Source: an uncultured virus (IMG/VR IMGVR_UViG_3300032294_003095) (lineage: Duplodnaviria; Heunggongvirae; Uroviricota; Caudoviricetes). Taken from it: DNA of 64,000 bases. Location: IMG/VR virus record IMGVR_UViG_3300032294_003095; one strand, 5' to 3'. Under the pieces are notes generated by a model. The model was not told where the DNA came from, ran no database searches, and saw nothing but the letters and a program-made list of their open reading frames with translations. The translations under genes and the position numbers were made by a program. Each line of letters starts with the position of its first letter. The stretch's first letter is position 1. This document shows, piece by piece, positions 1 through 9,397 of this stretch.

Positions 1-2526
1 CCCCACAGCTAAAAGTCCAAATGTTCCAATAACAAGAACTGTCGGTCCTACCCAAGCAAGTGAAGGATATTTATCATATTTTCCAGAGTTTAAAATATAC
101 GAAGTAGCGACTACTGTACCAGCAACCACTAGAATCATACCAAGTCCTGCATAAAAGAATGGGTTAAATACTTGAGTTCCTAATAATACAGCCCCTAATC
201 CGAATGCGGCGAGACCGGCACCAACACCCAATGACCAGTCTAAGGTTGGATATTTAGTGTACTTTCCGGCACTTAATATGTAAGATGTCAATACTATAAC
301 ACCAGACAGTGCCACTATAGCTCCAAGTCCAGCATAGAACATAGGATTCATTGCTTGTGTTCCAAGTAAAACTGCTGCAATTCCAAATATACCAAGTGTT
401 AGTGCCACAGATAATGACCACTTAAAATTTGGATATTTAGTATATTTACCCATAGATAGTAAAATAGAGGATATCATTATCGTAGTAGCGATTGCCACAA
501 TTGCTATCGCTCCTTTTAGAATATTAGCAACACCCATTCTACTAACGATCTTAAATACACCAGCCATTACTGTGATTGTAACAGCTAAAGCCACAGTAAA
601 TATTACCAATTTAAATGATTGAACTAAGTCAATCTTCATTTTACTCACTATAAATGCTGAAGTAGCCAAAACACCAAGCATCAAAATAACTTTCAATCCC
701 TCTTTTACAACTTCACCTATTGTAAATCCTCTAGTAGCCTTAATCAATATTTCAAATATCTTAGATATAGCCACTAATGCTCCGGTAAATAGAATAACAC
801 CTATTGTTTTAAATATTCCAATATTTGGCATCTTACTAATTATAAATCCTGCAGTAAATACAACTGTGGAAATTGCTATTAATTTAACACCTGTTTTAAC
901 TATATCACTAGCCGAAACATTCTTCAATATCTTAACCAACTGTACAAATAAATAAGATTGTACGACAAATAAAACTGATATAGCAATAGAGGTCAAAAAC
1001 TGAGATATTCCTATAGGTTTAACCTTCGACAATGGATATGAGGATAACATTATAGCAACTGATAATGCAGTAAAGATCAAAGGCATCATGAGAGCCGCTT
1101 TAGCCGCATCCATTAAATTAACTCTTCTAAAAGAAGGTAGTATCTTAGCAACGGCATATGATAAAACAACAAATGTAACTGCGATTAGTATTGAAGAAAA
1201 TGCTTGAAATAATCCTATAGGTTTAACATTTGCTAAGAAATAAGAAGATTTCATTATTGAGAATGATAATGCTACAAATAAAATTGGCATAACTAATGCC
1301 GCAATTCCTGCAACTAAAGGATTTACCCCTCTGAATGCAGATATCATCTTACCTATACCATACGATACAACTGCAAAAACTGCCGCTATAAGTATCGATG
1401 ATATCGCTTGAAAAAGTCCTATAGGCTTAACATTTGCTAAGAATACAGATGACATCATAATTGCATATGACACAGCAACTAAAACTATAGGTAACAGTGC
1501 TGAAGCAATAACTGCGGTAAGTGGATTTAATCCTTTAAATCCACTAAGTAGTTTTCCTAATCCAAAAGCCACGGTGGCAAATACACCAGCAATCATTATC
1601 GCAGAGAAAGCCTGAAATAATCCAATTGGTTTAACATTCGCCAAGAATTTTGATGACATCATAATTGCCAATGAAACACTGGCTAAAATAACCGGAAGAA
1701 ATACAACCGCCTTTAAAGCGGTAAGAAAGCTAACATCTTTTAATCCATTTAATAACTTACCAAGATTTGGAGCAATCATCGCAAAAACACCTGCTATCAT
1801 TACAGAAGAAAAAGCTTGGAATAGTCCAATTGGCCTTACTTTACTTAAAATGAAAGATGATAATGCTATTGCGGTAGAAAATCCAACAAGTGCTAAAATC
1901 ATATCAGGAACTTTCTTTCTATCAAGATTAACTCGAGCTATTCTTTCAAAGGCAATTGCTATTAGAGGTAATGCCACGGATAGTGCTATAACTGATAGAA
2001 AATCAACTTTACCAATAAGTTTAAGAGCCAAACCAATTGCAACGATACCAGTCGCTATTAAAAGTATAGTAGAAATACCATCTTTAATTTTACTGGTATC
2101 CATATCACCAAAAAAGTTTTTCTTTTTATCCTTTTCTTCTTTCTCTTTAGCTAATTTTTGAGTTGTTGGATCTGCTGGAATACTTTTTACTTTACTTGAT
2201 TTGTCTTTGTCTTCGGACTTTTCTCTACTCAACTTAACCGCAGTCTGCTCTTTAGGCATTTCTTTAACTTTCTGTTGAGTTTTAACATCTTTATCTGTCT
2301 TTTTTAGAATTTTTAAAATAGTATCTTGTTGATCTAAAATTTTTTTAGTATCTTCTTTTATACTAATTACACTTTTGCTTATTTCAGTGATTTGTTTATC
2401 AAATTCACCCATCTTTAAAGCCATGGCAGTAGCGGATTTAGGCTCTTCTTTCTTACTAAGAACCTCTGCTATCCTGTCTAAAGACTCAGATAAATTACTT
2501 AAACCGGCTATTAACTCTTTATCCAT
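1..2526 (-). CDS. Large hydrophobic repeat protein, probable tail tape measure protein (runs off window start)
   Basis: Not in the ORF track. ATG at 2526 (MDKELIAGLSNLSESLDRIAE...). Charged N-terminus, then 68-aa hydrophobic repeats (LANVKPIGLFQA, 204-nt period) and 61-aa repeats (KYxKYP..W, 183-nt period). TTATATATA lies upstream. Confidence 0.6.
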   Translation of the reverse strand, partial: MDKELIAGLSNLSESLDRIAEVLSKKEEPKSATAMALKMGEFDKQITEISKSVISIKEDTKKILDQQDTILKILKKTDKDVKTQQKVKEMPKEQTAVKLSREKSEDKDKSSKVKSIPADPTTQKLAKEKEEKDKKKNFFGDMDTSKIKDGISTILLIATGIVAIGLALKLIGKVDFLSVIALSVALPLIAIAFERIARVNLDRKKVPDMILALVGFSTAIALSSFILSKVRPIGLFQAFSSVMIAGVFAMIAPNLGKLLNGLKDVSFLTALKAVVFLPVILASVSLAIMMSSKFLANVKPIGLFQAFSAIMIAGVFATVAFGLGKLLSGFKGLNPLTAVIASALLPIVLVAVSYAIMMSSVFLANVKPIGLFQAISSILIAAVFAVVSYGIGKMISAFRGVNPLVAGIAALVMPILFVALSFSIMKSSYFLANVKPIGLFQAFSSILIAVTFVVLSYAVAKILPSFRRVNLMDAAKAALMMPLIFTALSVAIMLSSYPLSKVKPIGISQFLTSIAISVLFVVQSYLFVQLVKILKNVSASDIVKTGVKLIAISTVVFTAGFIISKMPNIGIFKTIGVILFTGALVAISKIFEILIKATRGFTIGEVVKEGLKVILMLGVLATSAFIVSKMKIDLVQSFKLVIFTVALAVTITVMAGVFKIVSRMGVANILKGAIAIVAIATTIMISSILLSMGKYTKYPNFKWSLSVALTLGIFGIAAVLLGTQAMNPMFYAGLGAIVALSGVIVLTSYILSAGKYTKYPTLDWSLGVGAGLAAFGLGAVLLGTQVFNPFFYAGLGMILVVAGTVVATSYILNSGKYDKYPSLAWVGPTVLVIGTFGLLAVG

Positions 2527-2606
2527 TAAATAACTTTAATTATCGAAGTATATATAAATAATATCATTATTTCTTAATATATAATAATGAAAACTATTAA
2601 AATCAT

Positions 2607-3074
2607 ATGAGGATTATGAACTTCAGGAAATTCATATCATATTTGAATTTATCCGAATCTTTAAAAGAAGTCGAGTTAAATAAAATATTGGATAAAATAT
2701 CCAAGAGTATAAACCTGAGCTCAAAAGAAAAAGAATTTTTAGGAAAATATGATGAAATAAAAGATGATGATCTAAAAGATTTTAAGATGCTATCACTACA
2801 ATCGACCTTTGAGAAGCTACAGAATCTTATTGATGGTAATAAGAGAGTAATTTGTAATATTATAGACAGAAATGGTAGAATAGGAATACAAATAACATCT
2901 CTATATTCAGACTATGAAAATGAGATTTATATACTAAATCTTAAAAATGGAGAGAAGATTGAGTTAAAAGATAATTATCTTTATAATATAATATATAATC
3001 TTCAAAAAGATATCTACTCACTTGAAACAGAGGAAGAATTCTTTGAAAAACTACCTGTTAGAAATGAAGATTAA
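2607..3074 (+). CDS. Hypothetical protein with CTS-like N-terminus and ILDKIS..LS..EKEFL motif (DUF6576-like)
   Basis: ORF; TAATATATA at 2575-2583; motif shared with the 24237 ORF. Confidence 0.6.
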   Translation: MRIMNFRKFISYLNLSESLKEVELNKILDKISKSINLSSKEKEFLGKYDEIKDDDLKDFKMLSLQSTFEKLQNLIDGNKRVICNIIDRNGRIGIQITSLYSDYENEIYILNLKNGEKIELKDNYLYNIIYNLQKDIYSLETEEEFFEKLPVRNED

Positions 3075-3525
3075 TAAATTTAATGAATCAATTAGTGATG
3101 ATGACTTAATAAAAGATATATTTGAAGTAATTGATAGACTCTATGATTTCACTGACAATGATGTATTGTCTATAAATTTAGGAGTTTTTAAATATAATAA
3201 GGATGACGTTGGTTACACAGATGATATATTTATACTAACACATAGATTTATAAAAGATCCAAACTTTTACAATGATATGTTTAGTAGAAAAATTAAATCA
3301 GGGTACAAACCTTGTATTTTACTGAATTTTAAAATTAAAAAAGACCTATATAATATATCAAAAGGTATTGATAGTGATTGGTCAAGTATGTCTAGATATT
3401 TAGAAATAATTAATACTTTAAAAATTTTTGACAAAGATTGGGATATTAATATATCACACGGATCTAAACACCATCAATACCAACCTTTATCTATTTTATT
3501 AATCAAAAAAAATAATAATAAATGA
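3064..3525 (+). CDS. Hypothetical protein with CTS-like N-terminus (MKINKFNES)
   Basis: Start moved from 3022 to ATG 3064, which overlaps the upstream gene end. Confidence 0.6.
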   Translation: MKINKFNESISDDDLIKDIFEVIDRLYDFTDNDVLSINLGVFKYNKDDVGYTDDIFILTHRFIKDPNFYNDMFSRKIKSGYKPCILLNFKIKKDLYNISKGIDSDWSSMSRYLEIINTLKIFDKDWDINISHGSKHHQYQPLSILLIKKNNNK

Positions 3526-4223
3526 TTAAAAACTACAAATCATTCTTAGAAGCAATTTCAGGAACCGAATTGGTTGGACACATGGGACCAAACTATGGTG
3601 AAGAAGAAAATTCACCTATGAAAAAAGCAGGAATGACTGATGTTGTCTATTCTGAACTATTTGGAAGAATGGTAACATATGACGATTATCAAAATCTATA
3701 CAACGATTATCTTAAAAAAGGAGGATCGCCTCTTCAAGGTTTTAATTTAGAAAACTTAGATAAAGTTTTAGGAGTTTTAAATGAAGGTAGAGATTATAAT
3801 TCATATGTAAAAACGGAAACTGATATTGAAATTGAAGAAATATGTAAAGAAGTGTTTCAAGATTTTTTAACTGATTACTCAATGTCTATGTTTTTTAATC
3901 CAGGACTTTGGATTCCTAAATTTCACGGATGGTTCTCTATCTATACTTGGAATAGTATAAAAAGTGAAGTCGGAGAACTCTCAAATGTAGATCATCCTAA
4001 ATGTTTACAAATAAGTATAATGAATGAACACTGGGATCAGTCATTGGGTAAATCTGGACAAGATGAAATTTATTTAGATGAAGATTCTGAAATAAAGTTT
4101 AATCAATGTTTCGAAACACTTAAATCACACCTAAGTCAGGAAATAGATTTAATAGATATTAAAAGAACGGAACTTATACCAACTGCTTGGCAAATTCAAA
4201 TTCATATAACATATAAGGACTAA
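3522..4223 (+). CDS. Hypothetical protein with CTS-like N-terminus (MIKNYKSFLEA)
   Basis: ORF overlapping the upstream stop. Confidence 0.65.
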   Translation: MIKNYKSFLEAISGTELVGHMGPNYGEEENSPMKKAGMTDVVYSELFGRMVTYDDYQNLYNDYLKKGGSPLQGFNLENLDKVLGVLNEGRDYNSYVKTETDIEIEEICKEVFQDFLTDYSMSMFFNPGLWIPKFHGWFSIYTWNSIKSEVGELSNVDHPKCLQISIMNEHWDQSLGKSGQDEIYLDEDSEIKFNQCFETLKSHLSQEIDLIDIKRTELIPTAWQIQIHITYKD

Positions 4224-5275
4224 ATCTTATTTTTAAGACTTTCTTTTAAAATATCAAATATCCTATCAATCTGGTCATATCTAATACGGATCAAATCAAT
4301 ATAATTATCTTCACAATAATCGTTTTTGATTTTATCATTTACTTTTAATGATTCATATGCTTTTAATCCACCAAAGTGTTCAATTGGTTCATAATGTTGT
4401 TTACCATCAAATTCTATTATAGTTCTTTTAGAAGGTATATAGAAGTCAAATGGTAATTCAAATACATTACGACAATCATGAAATTTATGCTGTCTATAAT
4501 ATAATATGTTGTTTTTATTAAGAAATCTTGCAATTTCTTTCTCACCCTTTGACTCATTACAATTTGAGCATCCATTTCCCTGTATGTGTGAAAGTGGTCT
4601 CTGTAAAAAATCACCATGTATCGGACAAGTTATAATAACTTTAGTTTGATTGGAAATATAATCTGATTTATCATAAGAGTATCTGAAATCATGTACAGAA
4701 TTAGCTTCATTTATAAATTGTCTGAGAGATTTTCTTACAGATAATGCTATTTTTTCTGGACATCTTCCAGCGAGGTGATCACTAGGTTTTTGTAGAAAAA
4801 AAATCCCCTGATATCCAATCATAACTGCTGTTCTGCCATTTTTTATTTTAACTTGATCGTAATCATATTTATCACCAAATATTTTTTTCGCCTTTCTTAT
4901 AAAATTTTCCTTAGTCAATATTTTTTCTGGTGAAAGACCTTGTAAATGACTTATCGCAACCTGTTCCAAAACTATACCACTGCACAAAATTTTTACCTTT
5001 TTCAATGCTCCTCGATATTCAACTAATGAATAATCATATTTATCTCCCCAAACTTTTCTTGCCTCTTCGATAAATTCCTGAGTTGTTTTACGAGGTGTAT
5101 TCTTTTCTGGACATCTTCCTAAATAAATATGTTTATCAACTCTTTGCTTATAAAAACATCCAGAATAGGAAATATCAATTACATCGGTACTTAATATCTT
5201 TTCTGATAAATTTGGATACTCGTATTTATACCCATGTTTATTTCTTGCTCTTTCTAAAAATTCTTCTTTTGTCAT
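4220..5275 (-). CDS. Putative free-standing homing endonuclease (DUF723-like repeats plus C-terminal PD-(D/E)XK/Vsr-like nuclease)
   Basis: Four F..A..xxGxKYDY-type repeats; CPIHG...HIQGNGCSNC Zn motif; LPFDFY...IIEFDGKQH; late-type promoter at 5280-5288. Confidence 0.75.
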   Translation of the reverse strand: MTKEEFLERARNKHGYKYEYPNLSEKILSTDVIDISYSGCFYKQRVDKHIYLGRCPEKNTPRKTTQEFIEEARKVWGDKYDYSLVEYRGALKKVKILCSGIVLEQVAISHLQGLSPEKILTKENFIRKAKKIFGDKYDYDQVKIKNGRTAVMIGYQGIFFLQKPSDHLAGRCPEKIALSVRKSLRQFINEANSVHDFRYSYDKSDYISNQTKVIITCPIHGDFLQRPLSHIQGNGCSNCNESKGEKEIARFLNKNNILYYRQHKFHDCRNVFELPFDFYIPSKRTIIEFDGKQHYEPIEHFGGLKAYESLKVNDKIKNDYCEDNYIDLIRIRYDQIDRIFDILKESLKNKI

Positions 5276-5386
5276 ATCATATATATTAAAAACACTAACC
5301 CCCTTTTAATTTATCTTTTGGAAAAATTGATAAATAATAAAAGGTAGTAATAATAATTTTATATATATAATAAAAAATTATATTTT

Positions 5387-6613
5387 ATGGCAAAACAAAC
5401 AGGCAAGGAGGTCAAGAAATTTGAATTTAGTAAGGTTGGATCAATATTAGATAATATTGCAAAAACTATTCCAGTTCAAATAAGAAAAGAAGTAGTAGAG
5501 AAGGTTTTTATTACAACTGGTGTTTATTTATTGGATGCTGCTTTATCAGGAAAATTATTAGGGGGTGGAGTTTCTACAAATCGTATAACAGCTTTTGCAG
5601 GGGAATCGGGCGCAGGAAAATCATTCTTATGTTACTCTTGTGCCAAACATGCACAAAGAGCCGGATATTCTGTTATTTACATTGATACGGAACAAGCAAT
5701 TGATTTAGAAGATTTACCTAAATTTGGAATTGATAATTCACTGGATAAATTTAGATTAATCACATCTAACAAAGTTGAAGATGTTAATATGCTTTTGACT
5801 AAACTATTAGATGACTTAAAAGAACAAAAAATAGCAGGATATGAACTGCCTAAATTAATGATTATCTTAGACTCATTAGGTCAAATGGCATCTAATAAAG
5901 AAAAAGAGGATTTACTTGCTGGTAATATTAAACAAGACATGACAAAGGCAAAGGCATTAGGTTCTATGTTCAGAAGTATTAATACAGACCTTGGTTATTT
6001 AGAAATACCAATGATTGTAGCAAACCATACTTATATGACACTCGATATGTTTAGCGTCGAGAAACTCAAAGGCGGAAATGGTCTATTATATTCAGCATCT
6101 GTAATCGGAATGATGTCGAAATCGAAATTGAAGACCGGGGAAGAGGATGATATGGATTTGGGTTCTAGTGGTATTTCAGTTTTATTCAAAACTATGAAAA
6201 ATCGTATGGCTAAACCTAAAAAAATCAGATTCGATATATCTTTTGCACATGGTATGAATCCATTCACTGGATTAGATGCATTCTGCCGTTCAGAGTATTT
6301 TGAAAAAATTGGAATTGCTCAAGGTAAAATGGAAGTTGATAAGAAAACTGGAGAGATGACATTTGTACCAGGTGGTAATAGATGGTATATAAGTCACTTA
6401 AATAAATCAGTTACAACTAAACAGTTATTTACACAAGAAATATTCACAATGGAAGTTCTTGAGAAAATGGCACCAATTGTAAATGATTATTTCAGATTTA
6501 AATCATTAGATGAGATTGAGCAGGTTGAAAAAGAGTTTAATGACATAATTGGTGAAGAAGATATTGAAACACCAGATAGCGATTCATTTGATGCGGGTGA
6601 CTTTTTTAATTAA
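5387..6613 (+). CDS. uvsX: UvsX/RecA-like recombinase
   Basis: Walker A GESGAGKS, YIDTE, Walker B IILDSLG, GGNGLLYSAS. Confidence 0.92.
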   Translation: MAKQTGKEVKKFEFSKVGSILDNIAKTIPVQIRKEVVEKVFITTGVYLLDAALSGKLLGGGVSTNRITAFAGESGAGKSFLCYSCAKHAQRAGYSVIYIDTEQAIDLEDLPKFGIDNSLDKFRLITSNKVEDVNMLLTKLLDDLKEQKIAGYELPKLMIILDSLGQMASNKEKEDLLAGNIKQDMTKAKALGSMFRSINTDLGYLEIPMIVANHTYMTLDMFSVEKLKGGNGLLYSASVIGMMSKSKLKTGEEDDMDLGSSGISVLFKTMKNRMAKPKKIRFDISFAHGMNPFTGLDAFCRSEYFEKIGIAQGKMEVDKKTGEMTFVPGGNRWYISHLNKSVTTKQLFTQEIFTMEVLEKMAPIVNDYFRFKSLDEIEQVEKEFNDIIGEEDIETPDSDSFDAGDFFN

Positions 6614-6628
6614 AAAATAATACTGTTT

Positions 6629-6835
6629 ATGACATTTAATATTCAAACATTACTAAGACAAAAGAGTTTAGAATCTAAACATGATATTGACTTACTATAT
6701 AAAGCGGGTATGAAAAATGTCGTAGATAATATTGAATATTATTTTGACAAACAATACACCTGTGAATCTGTTCTGATAGAACTCTTTGAGAGAGGAGTTA
6801 ATAAGTTTATAGAAAAAGAAAAACCCAATCATTAA
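6629..6835 (+). CDS. Hypothetical protein
   Basis: ORF between uvsX and a terminator. Confidence 0.5.
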   Translation: MTFNIQTLLRQKSLESKHDIDLLYKAGMKNVVDNIEYYFDKQYTCESVLIELFERGVNKFIEKEKPNH

Positions 6836-6848
6836 GATTGGGTTTTTT
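6819..6848. terminator. Bidirectional intrinsic terminator
   Basis: AAAAACCCAATC-attaa-GATTGGGTTTTT between convergent genes. Confidence 0.8.
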
Positions 6849-6867
6849 AATTTTGTATTTGATACTA

Positions 6868-7161
6868 TTATACTCTAATCTTGAGTGTCTCAAGAATACC
6901 TTTAATCGCATCAATAGAGAAAATACCATTAGAGACAAGACCAGTAATAATACCAATCAATAGACCACCTTTCCAGTCCATATCTTGGAAAATACCGATA
7001 TTCAACCAAGAAGCAAATATTCCTAATAAAATAGCAATTGCCCAAGATTGAAGTCTAGCCCATTTACCATCAGCTTTCGTAAAACGCGAAGCATATTCAC
7101 TAAGAATAATAACAGCACCTGAAAGTGTAAAAATGGTATTAAATAATGACATTACATCCAT
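6868..7161 (-). CDS. Holin-like membrane protein (3 TM)
   Basis: 97 aa, three hydrophobic segments, GLVSNGIF, basic C-terminus. Confidence 0.55.
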   Translation of the reverse strand: MDVMSLFNTIFTLSGAVIILSEYASRFTKADGKWARLQSWAIAILLGIFASWLNIGIFQDMDWKGGLLIGIITGLVSNGIFSIDAIKGILETLKIRV

Positions 7162-7178
7162 ATTAATAATTTATTTTT

Positions 7179-7445
7179 TTATCTATATTTAATAACACCA
7201 CCGATGTTCATAAGTCTAGGTACACTCATTTGATTTGGTTTACCAACCGTGTAATAGCTTAGACTTTTAATTTGATCAGGGTATTTTGTAAAATAGTCAA
7301 TCAATAATTGCTCTTTTTCTTCATCAGAACATTCATCATCAAATTTGAATAATGGGACCAGTCTAAGTAAGTTACCACTAACATAATCTTTAGCATTTAG
7401 CTTATTCTTCTGGTTATAAAGAGACCAATCATCTATATAATTCAT
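7179..7445 (-). CDS. Hypothetical protein
   Basis: ORF with TAATATATA (minus strand, 7450-7458) directly upstream. Confidence 0.6.
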   Translation of the reverse strand: MNYIDDWSLYNQKNKLNAKDYVSGNLLRLVPLFKFDDECSDEEKEQLLIDYFTKYPDQIKSLSYYTVGKPNQMSVPRLMNIGGVIKYR

Positions 7446-7482
7446 TTTTTATATATTATTTTTTTGTTACAGATATTATTTT

Positions 7483-7490
7483 TATATTTG
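7483..7490 (+). promoter_or_regulatory. Bacteroidetes sigma70-type -7 element TATATTTG (early, leaderless)
   Basis: Matches TAnnTTTG; four nt separate it from ATG 7495. Confidence 0.6.
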
Positions 7491-7494
7491 TAGT

Positions 7495-8100
7495 ATGAAA
7501 ATAGAACATCAAAATGTATATTTCGCAAGTGATTTTCACATAGGACATCAAAATGTCATTCGATTCGATGGTCGACCATTTGAAGACCTTCAAGATATGC
7601 ACAAGACACTCATCCAAAATTGGAACTCAGTCGTAGGTGAGGAAGATTTAGTTTTTTACTTAGGTGATTTTTCATTCAAAGATCAAGGAGCAGGAAAATG
7701 GTTCAGAGAACAACTAAACGGTAAGATACATTTTATAATGGGGAACCACGATAGAATGAGAATAGTAAGTCGATTAGGATTTGATAAAATTTATGGAGAT
7801 GATACTGCCTTAGGTGGAGCAACTATAGAAGTCAAAGATGGAGATGCTAACCGAGGATACCAAACAATAGTATTATGTCACTACCCAATACTATCTTGGA
7901 ATAAGTCACATCACGGTTCTTGGCATATACACGGTCACTGTCACCAGTCTTTAGCTAAAAATCCAGAAATGGCATGGTACTATAAAAGAAAAGTTATAGA
8001 TGCGGGTGTAAATGGACTGGGATATACACCAATATCTTACACCGAGTTAAAAAAAGTTATGAGCGAGAAAATTATCTCACCAGTAGATCATCATGAGTAA
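7495..8100 (+). CDS. Calcineurin-like metallophosphoesterase
   Basis: SDFHIGH, LGD, GNHD, HYP, HGHCH motifs. Confidence 0.9.
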   Translation: MKIEHQNVYFASDFHIGHQNVIRFDGRPFEDLQDMHKTLIQNWNSVVGEEDLVFYLGDFSFKDQGAGKWFREQLNGKIHFIMGNHDRMRIVSRLGFDKIYGDDTALGGATIEVKDGDANRGYQTIVLCHYPILSWNKSHHGSWHIHGHCHQSLAKNPEMAWYYKRKVIDAGVNGLGYTPISYTELKKVMSEKIISPVDHHE

Positions 8101-8306
8101 TGAAAGTATATTGTATAGATAATCACCTTGTAGCACTTTCTGTTGAAGTGGGAAAATGGTATGATGTATCAAAAGGTGATAAAATATCAGACATGACATC
8201 ATACTTAATAATTAGCGGTTCAAAGTTTCAAAGAATATCTAAAGATAAATTCTTAACTTTAGAACAATATAGAGAAATGAAACTTAAAAATTTAGGAATA
8301 AATTAA
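8100..8306 (+). CDS. Hypothetical protein with C-terminal REMKLKNLGI tag
   Basis: Translationally coupled (TAATG) to the upstream gene. Confidence 0.6.
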   Translation: MKVYCIDNHLVALSVEVGKWYDVSKGDKISDMTSYLIISGSKFQRISKDKFLTLEQYREMKLKNLGIN

Positions 8307-8345
8307 GCCACAATCTTAATAACGGTTATCATGATGTTACATGAA

Positions 8346-9047
8346 TTAATACATCTGTGCAATTAAATACTCTTCACTACTTAGAGTTTTAGAGTAAAGT
8401 ATTGATGAAACAACTTCTATCAATTTATCATCGGATAATATTGTTGAGAATTTTTCTTTGAATTGATTTTCTGACATAAATTCAGATAACTTCATTTCAA
8501 ATTTTGATCTTCCTAAATCAAGAGATACATTTTTATTAGAAACTTGATTGTAAGAGTATTCAATTATGTTCTCTTTAATTATTAATAATTCTTCTTTAGT
8601 ATAGATTGTTACTGGAGTATCAACATCGTGTACCCAGAAAGTATGTTTATCAGGAGAGATAGGATCTATTTGACTTAGAGATAGATCAAAGAAATCTGCT
8701 AATATCTTTTCATGATTTATAGTAGCCTTTTCAACACCTTTGTATAAACATTGTTTTAAATCAATAACTTTGAATTCTTCTGACTCAAATAGTTTGAAAT
8801 TTTCAAAAGTAATAACACCATCATTGTGCATAGCAACTCTATCTTCAATAACATCTAATACAACTCTATCGATATTGCCAATATCTTTCAATCCTTTTCT
8901 TTCTAAAAAATTCACCAATCTAGACTTATTACCTAAAAGATAATTTTTTAAATTAGTTGGTTTAATTTTCCACTTATCAACATATTCATCAACATATTGA
9001 TTTACAAGATTATAGTATTTATTTGCGTCTTCAGAACTCTTAATCAT
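8346..9047 (-). CDS. Hypothetical protein with internal CTS-like motif (ITFENFKLFES)
   Basis: ORF; late-type promoter at 9053-9061. Confidence 0.6.
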   Translation of the reverse strand: MIKSSEDANKYYNLVNQYVDEYVDKWKIKPTNLKNYLLGNKSRLVNFLERKGLKDIGNIDRVVLDVIEDRVAMHNDGVITFENFKLFESEEFKVIDLKQCLYKGVEKATINHEKILADFFDLSLSQIDPISPDKHTFWVHDVDTPVTIYTKEELLIIKENIIEYSYNQVSNKNVSLDLGRSKFEMKLSEFMSENQFKEKFSTILSDDKLIEVVSSILYSKTLSSEEYLIAQMY

Positions 9048-9130
9048 AAGTGTATATATTAAAATAATTTTTCACTTTTAAAAAACAAAGTGGTATATAG
9101 TGATATATAAAAATAAAATTGTAATATAAT

Positions 9131-9301
9131 ATGAAAAAAATAGTTTTTGCCTTGGCAGTTTTTTCAGTTTTTATGACTTCTTGTGGTACAGGCTCTTCAG
9201 AGAGCACTACATCTACAGATTCAACATGTGTTGCAGTAGATTCTACTTTGTGTGATTCTACTAAATGTGATACTATTTGTGTTGATACATTGAAAAAGTA
9301 A
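9131..9301 (+). CDS. Small lipoprotein (56 aa) with repeated D-S/T motifs
   Basis: Not in the ORF track. MKKIVFALAVFSVFMTSC-GTGSSESTTSTDSTCVAVDSTLCDSTKCDTICVDTLKK; lipoprotein signal and lipobox; followed by a terminator. Confidence 0.8.
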   Translation: MKKIVFALAVFSVFMTSCGTGSSESTTSTDSTCVAVDSTLCDSTKCDTICVDTLKK

Positions 9302-9324
9302 TAAAACTAAAAAACGATAAGAAG

Positions 9325-9350
9325 AAGACCTGGTTTACCAGGTCTTTTTT
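9325..9350 (+). terminator. Intrinsic terminator
   Basis: AAGACCTGG-ttta-CCAGGTCTT followed by a T-run. Confidence 0.8.
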
Positions 9351-9397
9351 CTTTTTAGGTCGTATAGTTTAATATATAAGAAAATCTAAGTTCCTAA

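Noticed and set aside
1850..2161. Plus-strand 103-aa ORF
   Set aside because: Antisense shadow of the long minus-strand repeat gene.
2587..2680. Possible frameshifted CTS-like start (ATG AAA A CTA TTA AAA TCA TAT GAG...)
   Set aside because: That frame closes quickly; ATG 2607 already gives a tag-like start matching the 35991 ORF.
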